IMG/VR virus record: IMGVR_UViG_2919425241_000002
Coordinates: 32,530 to 96,529 of that record
DNA: 64,000 bases
DNA from: a virus
Taxonomy: Duplodnaviria > Caudoviricetes
Direction: 5' to 3' (one strand)
The notes beneath the pieces are model-generated. The model was given only the letters and a program-made list of their open reading frames with translations, searched no databases and had not been told where the DNA came from. Below, in pieces: positions 36,687-46,618 of the stretch. The number at the start of each line of letters is the position of its first letter. The stretch's first letter is position 1. The translations under genes were made by a program, and so were the position numbers.

Positions 36687-37361
36687 TTGAAGAAGAAACT
36701 ATTAGTTGCACTTGGACTATCTGGAATCATCGCGGCTTCTGTCGCAGTCGGGGCATATGCTGCTTCTGATATTAAATTATTTATTAACGGGAAATTGATC
36801 AATTCGGACATTCAGGTAGTAGACGGATCCAGTTATGTTCCTTTGAGGGTTGTTAGCGAAACTCTCGGAGCTGAGGTTAAGTGGGACGGAGAAAAGCGGG
36901 AAATTCAAATCACAGGTCAAGGATACAGTCCGGTTAAAGCTGCGAATCCAGCGAAGTCCTACGATGTTAAAGTGAATGTTACAAATGGACCTATGACTAT
37001 GGATATATCTAAAGTAACTCTTGATCCAGCATATAAAGAGTATTCATTTTCTGAAGCGAAAGCCGCCATTATTCTTGATGTTACTGTCGAAAACACCTCA
37101 AATGATAAAGTGGAATGGTTTGTAGATCAATCCACTGTCGTGCTCAATACTAAAGAGCAAATTGAAGATACATTATCTGGTGATGAACGTATTACTTCTG
37201 AGTTCAATGGTAAGGTCGTTAAACAAGGGAAAATCATCTTCCCTGTAAAAAGCAGTAAGCTTGAGGATATTACAAACATCAAACTTCTTGTTAAATATGT
37301 TCTTGGTGAGAATTTAACTCGACTCGCAGATAATAAAGAAACAGAAATTATTCTTAAATAA
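36687..37361 (+). CDS. Secreted protein with copper-amine-oxidase-like N-terminal (stalk) domain and Ig-like C-terminus
   Basis: Signal peptide AYA/A; SYVPLRVVSETLGAEVKWD. Confidence 0.8.
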   Translation: MKKKLLVALGLSGIIAASVAVGAYAASDIKLFINGKLINSDIQVVDGSSYVPLRVVSETLGAEVKWDGEKREIQITGQGYSPVKAANPAKSYDVKVNVTNGPMTMDISKVTLDPAYKEYSFSEAKAAIILDVTVENTSNDKVEWFVDQSTVVLNTKEQIEDTLSGDERITSEFNGKVVKQGKIIFPVKSSKLEDITNIKLLVKYVLGENLTRLADNKETEIILK

Positions 37362-37469
37362 AACGAAAAAATCCCCCGCCAGCCATTTACGGCCAGTGGG
37401 GGATTTATGAGATTTATATATCGATAAAGAGTGAGTTAATAATATATTTTTCCAGGAGTGTAATTAACT

Positions 37470-38873
37470 TTGAAACATAGCGATATCCATTTGTACTTAA
37501 AAAAAAAAATCCCTCAACAAGGCCACTCCTTGAGCCATTGTGTTCATGAATTCAGTATGCCTGAATATGGAATTTTAGTGCATCCCGTTGTTAATATGCT
37601 AGTTGAAGTACTTGTAGAAATAGAAAAATCATCAATTGGATTTGCTGTTAAAATGATTAATCGTATTTCAGAAACTTCTCAAATTCATCAGATCTATTCC
37701 AACTTTGCCGAAATACTTGTAATACAAGAAGCGCTTACGTTTGCTGACAAGGAAGATGGCATTAAATATCTTTTATCTGAACCACAAGTAAGCCTAAACT
37801 CAAAAAACCCTGAATTCCGTTCTAAAGCGAATAATATTTATTATGCTGTCGAAGTTAAAAGCCCAGATCTTGATCAATATGCTGTGACTAGACAGAGCGG
37901 GATTCAAGTAACATCTCATTTACATAACCGTAACCTAGCAGATGAGGATAAAGTATCAGATCCTAGGATATTGACAGTAAAAGAATTTCTTACAAGTGCT
38001 GAAGATAAATTCAAACAATATGTTACTAAGAAAGAATACAAAGATGATGTTCGTCTTGTTGCAATTGTTTGGGATGATTATGTTAATGAAGTGCTTCCAG
38101 CTTTAATAAGTCCTCAATGTGGAATGTTTACGGAGAACTCATTTTGGAAAAAGAGTAAATTTGAATTAATAGATGGAGTACTAATTTATCGTCACAGACA
38201 TCAATTTGTTAGGTCACTATTCAGTGACAGTTTTATCAACGGGGTAAAGCATGCTTTCAAAGCAAAATCTGACACGCCTGTTTCCTTTGTTCAAAATCCA
38301 AATGGAAGGCAAGTACCAAAACCAATAATCGATGGATTTAACGCAATGCCTACCGATAGTTCGTTATACTTAACCGCGGAATATAGAGCTACTGATTGGG
38401 TTGATTGGCGTACTGGTGTTGCTATTGCTGGTCTCGATGCTGTACCACTAGAATACCATAGTAGAGTTTTTGAAATTTTAAAAAGAACCACACGTAGAAA
38501 AACACCTTTGGTATTGCCTGATATGGCTAATTTCGGCACAATTAATCTCGATCTTTTGATTGAGCAAAATACTATAGATGGGGAAATCTATATTAAAGGG
38601 TTTTTCAAGGATCTTAAGCGTACTGCCAAAGTCTCTACAGAGATTCAACGGGCATCTGCAAGATCATTAAAAAAAATGATAAAAGAAGATGAAGAAATGA
38701 AACGGAGGGCATTAGCAGAAAGGTTTACCAAATATTCATTACAAAACAATGCTAATAAGCACTCAAACTTAACTACATCAAACAATAAAAACAATAAGGA
38801 AACAACTCTCGGCAGAAATGATCCCTGTAGTTGTGGTAGCGGAAAAAAATACAAAAAATGCTGTATGAATTAG
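37470..38873 (+). CDS. PD-(D/E)xK-like protein with C-terminal SEC-C motif
   Basis: FAE...EP...NPEF...VEVKS; GRNDPCSCGSGKKYKKCC. Confidence 0.75.
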   Translation: MKHSDIHLYLKKKIPQQGHSLSHCVHEFSMPEYGILVHPVVNMLVEVLVEIEKSSIGFAVKMINRISETSQIHQIYSNFAEILVIQEALTFADKEDGIKYLLSEPQVSLNSKNPEFRSKANNIYYAVEVKSPDLDQYAVTRQSGIQVTSHLHNRNLADEDKVSDPRILTVKEFLTSAEDKFKQYVTKKEYKDDVRLVAIVWDDYVNEVLPALISPQCGMFTENSFWKKSKFELIDGVLIYRHRHQFVRSLFSDSFINGVKHAFKAKSDTPVSFVQNPNGRQVPKPIIDGFNAMPTDSSLYLTAEYRATDWVDWRTGVAIAGLDAVPLEYHSRVFEILKRTTRRKTPLVLPDMANFGTINLDLLIEQNTIDGEIYIKGFFKDLKRTAKVSTEIQRASARSLKKMIKEDEEMKRRALAERFTKYSLQNNANKHSNLTTSNNKNNKETTLGRNDPCSCGSGKKYKKCCMN

Positions 38874-38942
38874 CACAGCTTAAAATAGTCACCATCCCTC
38901 ATTAACCTTATATGTCAATGAGGGAATTTAAACTTTTGTTAC

Positions 38943-39695
38943 CTATTGAAGCTGACCTGATACTCTTCGCAATTCATTTGCCAATCGATGGACTTCATCT
39001 TTACTAGACTGATCAATACATAAACCATATAAAGCTTTTAAAACATCGATGACCTTATTTGCATCCTCGACTTTAAGCATCGGTTCTTCCTCCTTCACTT
39101 TCAGATTGTTCCATGCTCCTTCATTTCCAAAGCTTTCATTCAAATCAACACCGATACCGTTCAACGTCAGACCCAAACCTTGCGGCCCGCAATCGTATTG
39201 ATAAATATTGGCTTTGTCAGAAACTTTACCATAACTCCATGCTCGTGTTTGCCAGAAGCGCGAGCAGGCACCGGATGCATATACGGCTTCAATAACTGCA
39301 TATGAGCCATAAACGCCAGTTGTATAATCCGGAGTGGCTTCACTTGCTGCCCGTATGTACTCGATCACTGTTGCCATCTGAGAAGCCCTGGCCTCGAAAT
39401 CAACTGCGAAATAGATGCAGCTGCCGATCGGTTGCCCAACTTGCTTAGCCACCTGAACAGCTGTTGCTCCGTCAGCCAATCCGGCAGCACGGCCGCCAAG
39501 TGCTCGATCAGCAGTTGTTTCGAACACTGAAATGATATCGATGCCGGCTTGATTTAGAGCCTCAGCTTCTTCTCTCTTCAGTGCTTTCCAACTGCTAGCC
39601 GGGACCAAATAACGAGCAGCGAATTGAAAACCATCTGCAGCAAACAATGCAGCTGTCTTCGCAGTTAATGGGGTTGCACAGTCGAATCCTTTCAT
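38943..39695 (-). CDS. Endolysin, DUF1906/GH25-like glycoside hydrolase
   Basis: GFDC, ARYL, SVFE, IYFAVDF, GVYGS, WQT.AWS, VDLN; follows the holin. Confidence 0.88.
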   Translation of the reverse strand: MKGFDCATPLTAKTAALFAADGFQFAARYLVPASSWKALKREEAEALNQAGIDIISVFETTADRALGGRAAGLADGATAVQVAKQVGQPIGSCIYFAVDFEARASQMATVIEYIRAASEATPDYTTGVYGSYAVIEAVYASGACSRFWQTRAWSYGKVSDKANIYQYDCGPQGLGLTLNGIGVDLNESFGNEGAWNNLKVKEEEPMLKVEDANKVIDVLKALYGLCIDQSSKDEVHRLANELRRVSGQLQ

Positions 39696-39697
39696 TT

Positions 39698-40159
39698 CTA
39701 CACATCCTTATCTTGTGACGTCCCATCACCTTTTGCCTTAAGTACCTGGATCATTTCTTTTAGCTTTGGAGGCATCGGCAGCCCCAGCCGACCGTAATTC
39801 TCAGTGATCGAAATAAGCTCATTGGCTAGATAAAAATAAATAGCACCCGTCATTAAGACATTGGTGCCAAGTAAGATATCCATCCTATGTGCCAGCACAA
39901 CCACCACGGCCATGAGGAACTTCTTGAAGATTCCAAGGAAGCCAACTTTGCTGCTCAGTCCTTTTTCCTCTTTAATAGAAGCTCCAATGCCCGTTACATA
40001 ATCAATCACCATCGCCAAGAAGAAAAAGCTTAGCAATTCCGACCACCCCCCATAGGCATAAGTGAGAATTGCACCGATTATTCCCGTTGATGTCGTAAGG
40101 GCTGCGGCTTGTTGTGTGGTCGGCAATCCTAATCCATCTGCTAATATTTTCTTATACAT
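39698..40159 (-). CDS. Phage holin (toxin secretion/phage lysis family)
   Basis: IDYVTG, SSKVGF.G..KK, NELISITEN...GLP.P. Confidence 0.92.
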   Translation of the reverse strand: MYKKILADGLGLPTTQQAAALTTSTGIIGAILTYAYGGWSELLSFFFLAMVIDYVTGIGASIKEEKGLSSKVGFLGIFKKFLMAVVVVLAHRMDILLGTNVLMTGAIYFYLANELISITENYGRLGLPMPPKLKEMIQVLKAKGDGTSQDKDV

Positions 40160-40217
40160 GCTCCACTCTCCCAGAATTGAAATAAGCCCCGATCGGATCG
40201 GAGGCCAATTTTACAAG

Positions 40218-41495
40218 TTATGTATTTAGCAAATACTCCACAAACCTTGTAATCGGCTTGGCGATGATTAGATGTCCCGCGTCGTTTAAATGAGTCCCAT
40301 CAGGCATGTAAGTGCTTATGAAATCTGTGCCTTTCTCGATAACAATGCCGCTTTCTGCGTACAGGTTCAGGAATGGGAAGTTGTAATACTCTGCAACCTC
40401 TTTGATGATTGCGATGTATTGTAGCATGTCTGTACGTGAGACGACTGTCCGTTGAATTGGTGACATGACGCCAATTTTTGCATTCGGGAATTTATCCATA
40501 GCGAGTTTAAATGTTTTATGCAGCGCTCCGTAAAACGTTGTGATTTCCCTATCTGTAAATGTGCCGAGGGGGGATTTATTACCGATGTCATTCGTACCAC
40601 CCATGAAAGTGATAACGTCTGCGGCTGTGACTACATTCTGCAAGGTTTCAAACAACGTCCCTGTAATGCCACCGGACGTTACACAATAGCGGTCGCCGCT
40701 CATGTCGAACAGAGTGACGCGTTCAAGACTCAAGTTCTCACAAACCGTCTTTTGGTACGCTCCAGGTGGGCTTGAAATTGAGTCTCCGATTCCTGCGTAC
40801 TTTAGCCCCCTGTATGACGGTTTAAGAGCCTTAACAAGTGATTGCCGTATGTTCTCTGATCTTATCGTCAATTGCCGTGTATCGTACGTCAGGGCCGATG
40901 TGACATATATGTTTTCACTCAAGTATCCAAGGTTGATAAGGTCCCCGTTTGTCGTCGAAGAAAGCCGAACATATTTAGCCCCCACCGGAACAGTGAACGT
41001 ATTGCCAATTCCCGAAGGAACGGGACCAAATGTAACGGCCGAAACGAATTGCTTGCTTGCGTTGTAGTAGCAACTACTCCAAGTCAAGTTAGTACGGTAT
41101 GTTTGCCCCTCTACGACCTCAATGAAGTCCGTTACGAAAGCCCCGGTGTATGTGTTCGCTACGCCCGTAGATGCCCCAAGAAGCCTATCCGTCGTGACTG
41201 TCGCCTTATTGTAACATTGCAATATCTCTTCATTCAGAAAGCGAGTCTGACGGGCTGTGATGGAGTTATCCAAGATAACCCCGCCACTCCCTCCGCCAAA
41301 CGGTGCCCCGTTAAAAGTCGGTATGCCCCCACTCTCGCCTATCTTATTCAACGTCGCAAGATTTGGGTGCGTATGACTATTCCCGCCACCTGATTGTTCA
41401 ACTCCGTCTATCGTAAGCTTGTTGTTATTGTTAATGCCGACCCTATCTAAATCTCCTTTGTTGGCGTGTGAATGACCTGGAGGCTTATTAATCAT
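40218..41495 (-). CDS. SGNH/GDSL hydrolase-domain virion-associated protein
   Basis: GDSIS, GGTND, DGTHLN..GH. Confidence 0.85.
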   Translation of the reverse strand: MINKPPGHSHANKGDLDRVGINNNNKLTIDGVEQSGGGNSHTHPNLATLNKIGESGGIPTFNGAPFGGGSGGVILDNSITARQTRFLNEEILQCYNKATVTTDRLLGASTGVANTYTGAFVTDFIEVVEGQTYRTNLTWSSCYYNASKQFVSAVTFGPVPSGIGNTFTVPVGAKYVRLSSTTNGDLINLGYLSENIYVTSALTYDTRQLTIRSENIRQSLVKALKPSYRGLKYAGIGDSISSPPGAYQKTVCENLSLERVTLFDMSGDRYCVTSGGITGTLFETLQNVVTAADVITFMGGTNDIGNKSPLGTFTDREITTFYGALHKTFKLAMDKFPNAKIGVMSPIQRTVVSRTDMLQYIAIIKEVAEYYNFPFLNLYAESGIVIEKGTDFISTYMPDGTHLNDAGHLIIAKPITRFVEYLLNT

Positions 41496-41512
41496 GCAAG
41501 CTTTCCTCCTTT

Positions 41513-44416
41513 CTAAATGACTTTAACTTCAAAGTTATCCATCCTTGAATCGGTCGCTCCATTAGATACCAACCCTACCTTGGTTGCTCCGAACAAAACG
41601 CTTGTTTGAAGATCGATAACTAATGTCGACCCAAGGTAGCCTCTTATACGTTTACCTTCAAGGACTACTCTCAGCTTGTACGGTGCGGCGATCGCTGCTT
41701 GTACTGATTGCACTATCACCGTTTGAATATTAGCAACGTGCTTAATCAGTTGAATGGTGTGCGTGCCGGCGGTACCCTTACGCACCAGTTCCAAGTAGTT
41801 GGATGGATCTGTGTATCGGAACACTATCCCGTACTGCGTTGCGACGTCAGCCGATACGTCGACTGACAGCTCGAGCCCACTCGCATACGCAGAATCGATC
41901 CAGTTCAGAAGAGTTCCTGCAGCGAACGAAGAGTAAGCAGCATTGCTGATGATCCCAAGTCCGTTGGCGTTTCCAGAAGTCCAAGTGTGGCCGGAAGAAG
42001 ATGTACCTAAGGTCGTAGCGGAATCTGAACGGTCGAAGTTGTCTGCAATGACCACACTTCCACTAGCGATAGGTGTTATTGTATAAACCTTTGTATACAC
42101 CGCGCCTACATTACCAAGACTGTCAATCGCGCGATATTTCAACGTCGTAGTTGTAGGGATTGAGATAGGTGCCGTGTACGGTGTCTTAGTATTATCAGGA
42201 GTAGATCCATCGGTCGTATAGTAGATCGAAGCGGTCTCTGTATTGATGGTCGAGAGAGTGACTGTTTGTGGGGTGGGATAAACTCCATCCATTAAAGTGT
42301 TAGAAACCCTTGGAGCTTCAAGATCCACAACCTCTTGTATGATAAAGTTATCGAACTTCGGAACAGTAGCACCGTACAAAGCTATTCCGTGTTTCGTTGC
42401 AGCAAACATCAGCGTGTCGAGGAAGGAGAATTGCAGAACCCCGTCCATAAAACACTCCACTAATTGCCCGCTCAACTTAACCTTCAGAGTATGAGTCGAA
42501 CCCGCCACGCTTGCGATAGTTTTGTCAGCAGGAATGTCGACGGTTTCTGCACCACCGGTTGGAGCTGGACTCGTAGTGAAGATGCCGAGCTTTGTATCCG
42601 ATTTGAAGCCAAAGGCGTATAGGCTACCTGCACTGATATAACGGAACAAGATCCCTACCATTGTCGCTGAGAACGTGGAAGGAATTGTGACTTCCGCGTT
42701 GATCTCCAGGTTATCAGATTTAGCGGCGTCAACGTACGTCCACCCAGTACTCGTCAAAGATGTTGAACTTCCTGCTTGATTTCCAATAATTTGAATGCCG
42801 CCGGACCATACTTTGCTGCCTGTTGCAGTAGTTCCAAGGGAAGCAGAATCAGCACGGTTAAAGTCATCCGTAATGCTAAGTAAAGAAGGGGTCGTAGTGG
42901 CTGTTGTTGCTGTCACCGTAACAGCCGTTGAGCGATTTCCTGCTCCATCTATAGCAACAAGACGGAATGTAAAAAGTGTGTTTGCGGTAAGCCCTCCGAC
43001 CGTGTAGCTGTTTGAAGATGGGTTAATAGATCCGCTCGACACCGTGAAATTCGTCCCATCTGTGGAGTATGCCGCCTCATATGACGTCACATCACCACTA
43101 ACGGAGAGAGTCCACGAAAGCGGCACACTGTTTGCTGTCGGAGTTCCGGCTGAAAGCCCTGTAACGGGACTAGGCGGCGTTGTATCCGCAGCTGCAGTAG
43201 TCGTGAACGTTGTGCTTGTGCCACTCGCCACATTCCCTACTGCATCTTTTGCTTTAACTGTGTAAGTGTACTGAGTGCCTGCTGTAAGCCCTGTGACGTT
43301 GTATGTGGTCCCTGTCACGGTCGTCACTAGATTGGTGCCACTGTAGATGTCATACCCCGTAACCGCGACGTTATCCGTTGCTGCCGTCCAATTGAGAGTT
43401 ACTCCTGTTTGCGTCAATCCACTTGTCGTGAGATTCGTGACATTGCTTGGGGCTGTTGTATCCGCCGGCGGTGCGCTCGTTGTTACATCCACACTTGTTC
43501 CACTTGCAGCATTCCCACTCACATCTTTAGCCTTTACCCAAAGAGTATAGGCTGTAGAAGCAGCCAAGCCATTCACATTGTAGGTCGTTCCCGTAACATT
43601 GGCTAAGAATGTGGTTCCGTTGTAAATGTCATAAGATGCTACATCACTCGATACTGAAGCGGTCCAGTTCAGTGTTAGACCGGTCTGCGTGATATTAGAC
43701 GTTGTAAGATTTGTAACGTTCGCTGGCGATGTAGTGTCAGCACTTGAGGAAGTTGTAACTGTGGTTTGAGTTCCCGACGAAATGTTATTCGCTGCGTCTT
43801 TTGCCTTGATTGTAAATGTGAATTGGGTGGCTTGAGTCAACCCAGTAACATTGTAGGTTGTATCCGTTACAGTTGCGAGTAGAGTGGATCCGCGGTAAAC
43901 ATCATAACCAGTGCAGTCACTAGAAGCAGAAGCATTCCATGTTAGTGTCAGGCTTGTAGCAGTGAGATTTGATGTAGTGAGATTGGTGACGTTGTCAGGT
44001 GGAGTGGTGTCGATTGGGGGTTGAGTTACGACAGATCCACCAATTGTTTGTATACCCTCAGCACGCCAGGGTACCGTGCTGTTGATAGTGACGACCGTAA
44101 AAGGTTTGTATCGTCCTGACACGACTTCTCCAGCTTTAACCACTCTTGTTTTACCGTTAATGGTGAAAGTTAGATCCGCTGCCCCAACTGTTCCAGGTAC
44201 CGAATCATTACTTATTTCGATCCCAGTCATCTCACTTGTAAATTCTTTTGTTAAGTTGCCGCTGCCGCTGAAAGGTTCATCTGACACTTCTACAGACGAC
44301 TGCATCCGGTAAGAACCACCCGATCCCCTTACGAGCTCCCAATCTCCCTGCTCATTCAAGAATTGAGGAGGAGTGATGTTGCCTATTTTAATCATTGGTT
44401 TAAGTTCATCAGGCAT
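41513..44416 (-). CDS. Fibronectin type III repeat protein (4 FN3, FN3-associated and two lectin-like domains)
   Basis: Four DTT.P..VT.L...W.AS...Y..Y...GL..T.Y...AKD..N repeats; IYYTTDGSTP. Confidence 0.88.
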   Translation of the reverse strand: MPDELKPMIKIGNITPPQFLNEQGDWELVRGSGGSYRMQSSVEVSDEPFSGSGNLTKEFTSEMTGIEISNDSVPGTVGAADLTFTINGKTRVVKAGEVVSGRYKPFTVVTINSTVPWRAEGIQTIGGSVVTQPPIDTTPPDNVTNLTTSNLTATSLTLTWNASASSDCTGYDVYRGSTLLATVTDTTYNVTGLTQATQFTFTIKAKDAANNISSGTQTTVTTSSSADTTSPANVTNLTTSNITQTGLTLNWTASVSSDVASYDIYNGTTFLANVTGTTYNVNGLAASTAYTLWVKAKDVSGNAASGTSVDVTTSAPPADTTAPSNVTNLTTSGLTQTGVTLNWTAATDNVAVTGYDIYSGTNLVTTVTGTTYNVTGLTAGTQYTYTVKAKDAVGNVASGTSTTFTTTAAADTTPPSPVTGLSAGTPTANSVPLSWTLSVSGDVTSYEAAYSTDGTNFTVSSGSINPSSNSYTVGGLTANTLFTFRLVAIDGAGNRSTAVTVTATTATTTPSLLSITDDFNRADSASLGTTATGSKVWSGGIQIIGNQAGSSTSLTSTGWTYVDAAKSDNLEINAEVTIPSTFSATMVGILFRYISAGSLYAFGFKSDTKLGIFTTSPAPTGGAETVDIPADKTIASVAGSTHTLKVKLSGQLVECFMDGVLQFSFLDTLMFAATKHGIALYGATVPKFDNFIIQEVVDLEAPRVSNTLMDGVYPTPQTVTLSTINTETASIYYTTDGSTPDNTKTPYTAPISIPTTTTLKYRAIDSLGNVGAVYTKVYTITPIASGSVVIADNFDRSDSATTLGTSSSGHTWTSGNANGLGIISNAAYSSFAAGTLLNWIDSAYASGLELSVDVSADVATQYGIVFRYTDPSNYLELVRKGTAGTHTIQLIKHVANIQTVIVQSVQAAIAAPYKLRVVLEGKRIRGYLGSTLVIDLQTSVLFGATKVGLVSNGATDSRMDNFEVKVI

Positions 44417-44432
44417 TAATTAAATCCACCTC

Positions 44433-44759
44433 CTACGCTAGATCAGATTCAAAATTGATTAAGATGTACCCTTGATTCGGGAAGGTCTCGACACTTCCGT
44501 CCTCATAAGTAACCTCGAACTCAGCCTTCATTGTCCCGAGTGCTGTTACTTCTTCTGGCTCGAAAACAAAACATACAATACCATCGTCAGCAACTAGGAT
44601 ATCCGCTTCACGATTTACTAGGAGCAAACCCTTTCTGTATGTCGCCATTTTGAATTTTACCGAAGCATTATTCAATTTCACCGGCGTCCCTTTAGGGCTT
44701 ATAAGAGTCGCTTTAATGGCCGTCCTTGTGTCTCCTCGTTTCATGGTTAGTGCCATCAA
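44433..44759 (-). CDS. BppU N-terminal-like baseplate protein
   Basis: KRGDT...AEFEVTY.DG.VETFPN.GYI. Confidence 0.7.
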   Translation of the reverse strand: MMALTMKRGDTRTAIKATLISPKGTPVKLNNASVKFKMATYRKGLLLVNREADILVADDGIVCFVFEPEEVTALGTMKAEFEVTYEDGSVETFPNQGYILINFESDLA

Positions 44760-44944
44760 TCCACCTCTTTCCGCTCAGCAACATTTTGCACAGGAGCAAC
44801 GAAATGTAGGAGGGTTTCGACCTTTACGAGCTGCACGTCAACACTATTTTTGATGGGTTCAATAACGATGCTTTTATCCATGATTACCACCTTCTCTAAA
44901 AAGACAATAAGCCCCGATTCGGACTAAACCGGGGCATAATTCAA

Positions 44945-45079
44945 TTATTCCAATGGCTTGCCGTCAGTTCCCAGGTCCATAGCAGCGAGTTCAGCTTCCA
45001 CAGCTGGCTTCAAGTTAACAGGAACTTGTTCGAATGTTTTGTAGCCCTTGACGATTAGCGTTACGTATACTGTGACCAT
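44945..45079 (-). CDS. CD1375/XkdX-like small tail-associated protein
   Basis: MVTVYVTLIVKGYKTFEQVP.NLK..V; GGAGGAGG RBS. Confidence 0.75.
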   Translation of the reverse strand: MVTVYVTLIVKGYKTFEQVPVNLKPAVEAELAAMDLGTDGKPLE

Positions 45080-45131
45080 TGTGTCTTCACCTCCTCCCAA
45101 CAACAAAAAAAGAAGCCATATAATGGCTCCT

Positions 45132-45242
45132 CTAAACATTGTTTTGATCCAGTAAAACTTGAACTTTTGGTCTTAAATTCAACGGCACTTCGTCGATCGT
45201 TTTCTTTCCAAACAGAATGAGCTTGTAATAGATTTGTACCAT
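45132..45242 (-). CDS. Second CD1375/XkdX-like protein (36 aa)
   Basis: Manual translation MVQIYYKLILFGKKTIDEVPLNLRPKVQVLLDQNNV. Confidence 0.7.
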   Translation of the reverse strand: MVQIYYKLILFGKKTIDEVPLNLRPKVQVLLDQNNV

Positions 45243-45243
45243 A

Positions 45244-45615
45244 TTACTCCGTGCCTCCTTGAAGTGCCAAAATCATTTCGTACAACTCTGTGATGGCCAA
45301 CATATTGTTGATGGTTTCTTGCTCTGCAGCAGCCTTTTCGGCTTCTTTTTCTTCGTATACTTGAGTTAGCGCAAGCATGAGATTGATTGTTTCTTGCTCC
45401 AGCTGAGCTATTTTTATTTGGTCTGGCGTCGGTTGCGGATCCACCGGTTCAGGAGGAGGCGCGGGCGTCCAACTGCCGTTGGAATAAATATCTCCTGGGT
45501 TCACGTTGTCCTCTTCCGTTAGTGGTATCATGTGATCCGCAACGACTTCACCGGAAAGGTGGGACACGCTCACACATACCCCGGTTGCTAAATCGATTTG
45601 TCCATATTTAAACAT
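45244..45615 (-). CDS. Tail-fibre assembly/chaperone-like protein
   Basis: Pro-rich linker followed by two EQETIN.MLA.T..YE repeats. Confidence 0.6.
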   Translation of the reverse strand: MFKYGQIDLATGVCVSVSHLSGEVVADHMIPLTEEDNVNPGDIYSNGSWTPAPPPEPVDPQPTPDQIKIAQLEQETINLMLALTQVYEEKEAEKAAAEQETINNMLAITELYEMILALQGGTE

Positions 45616-45627
45616 TGGGTTTTCCTC

Positions 45628-45864
45628 CTAGAAAAATTCAATGACTTCCCAAGCAAAGTTTGCGTTGCTTGAATAAGTGCCCGCTTGCTCTATTCTTATC
45701 GTCGTCGAGTTAAGGAGATAGCACCTATATACGGAGTTACCAGAAGAAATTGTATACATATTCCCCGTATTATTAAACTTCACAAATGCTTTGTTCACGT
45801 TTACGGCAGAGATTGTAATTGATTCTGTTGCGAAGCTCGAAACGCCACGTTGAACGCTTTTCAT
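45628..45864 (-). CDS. Stand-alone copy of the tail-fibre tip domain
   Basis: KSVQRG...WEVIEF, homologous to the C-terminus of 45878-46618. Confidence 0.75.
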   Translation of the reverse strand: MKSVQRGVSSFATESITISAVNVNKAFVKFNNTGNMYTISSGNSVYRCYLLNSTTIRIEQAGTYSSNANFAWEVIEFF

Positions 45865-45877
45865 TTACCCACCGCCT

Positions 45878-46618
45878 TTAATAGAACTCAACAACCTCCC
45901 AAGCAAAGTTTGCGTTGCCTGTCCAAGTTGATCCGGGAGCAATTACAAGGGTTGTAGAGCTTGTCAACGACGCCCTATACACCGATGATCCATCCGTCGC
46001 CATGTTACCGACGTTATTGAACGTTACAAAGGACTTGGACATGTTAACCGCTGAAATGGTAATTGTCAGGTTTGAGCTTGCTGAAACGCCCCTTTGTACG
46101 CTCTTAATCCCGCCTAAGCCTTGCCATGCTGTACCGTTCCACCATTCGACGTAAGTACCACCAGAGGCGACGCGCATACGAGGCAGATTATCCCCTTGGT
46201 ACTTTATTGTACCGTCAATCAAAAAGGTATTAGATGACCAAATATACTGCCAAAAATGTCGAGATACACCGCCCTTACTCCCATAAACTCCCGTATACTC
46301 CCCGAGTGTATTGGAGTAAAAATATGACGTATCAACCCCATTTTTAAATCCAATTCGCCTTTCAACACTTCCCGATATATCCGCATTTATATCGCCCGTC
46401 ATAATACCGCCTGTACGCTGTAAAGCCCCGTCAGCCGTCACATGAGCGGCGGCAATAGCATTCTCCATTTGATTCAAGTTCGCTGCGTTTACAGGCGTTC
46501 CGGCTTGTGTTACTGTACCCGGATCAGCGGTTAATGTTATTTGGTTGTTGTTTTGATCTCTATAACGATTTGCGAATTGTACAGCCCTATCAAGCCATAC
46601 CCTTGGCGAGTAAGCCAT
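45878..46618 (-). CDS. Tail fibre/receptor-binding protein
   Basis: GTPVNAANLN.ME, GG.MTG, C-terminal KSVQRG...WEVVEFY. Confidence 0.8.
   Translation of the reverse strand: MAYSPRVWLDRAVQFANRYRDQNNNQITLTADPGTVTQAGTPVNAANLNQMENAIAAAHVTADGALQRTGGIMTGDINADISGSVERRIGFKNGVDTSYFYSNTLGEYTGVYGSKGGVSRHFWQYIWSSNTFLIDGTIKYQGDNLPRMRVASGGTYVEWWNGTAWQGLGGIKSVQRGVSASSNLTITISAVNMSKSFVTFNNVGNMATDGSSVYRASLTSSTTLVIAPGSTWTGNANFAWEVVEFY

Noticed and set aside
45628-46110. Diversity-generating retroelement TR/VR pair
   Set aside because: Differences include many synonymous and non-adenine changes plus indels, and no reverse transcriptase is in the window
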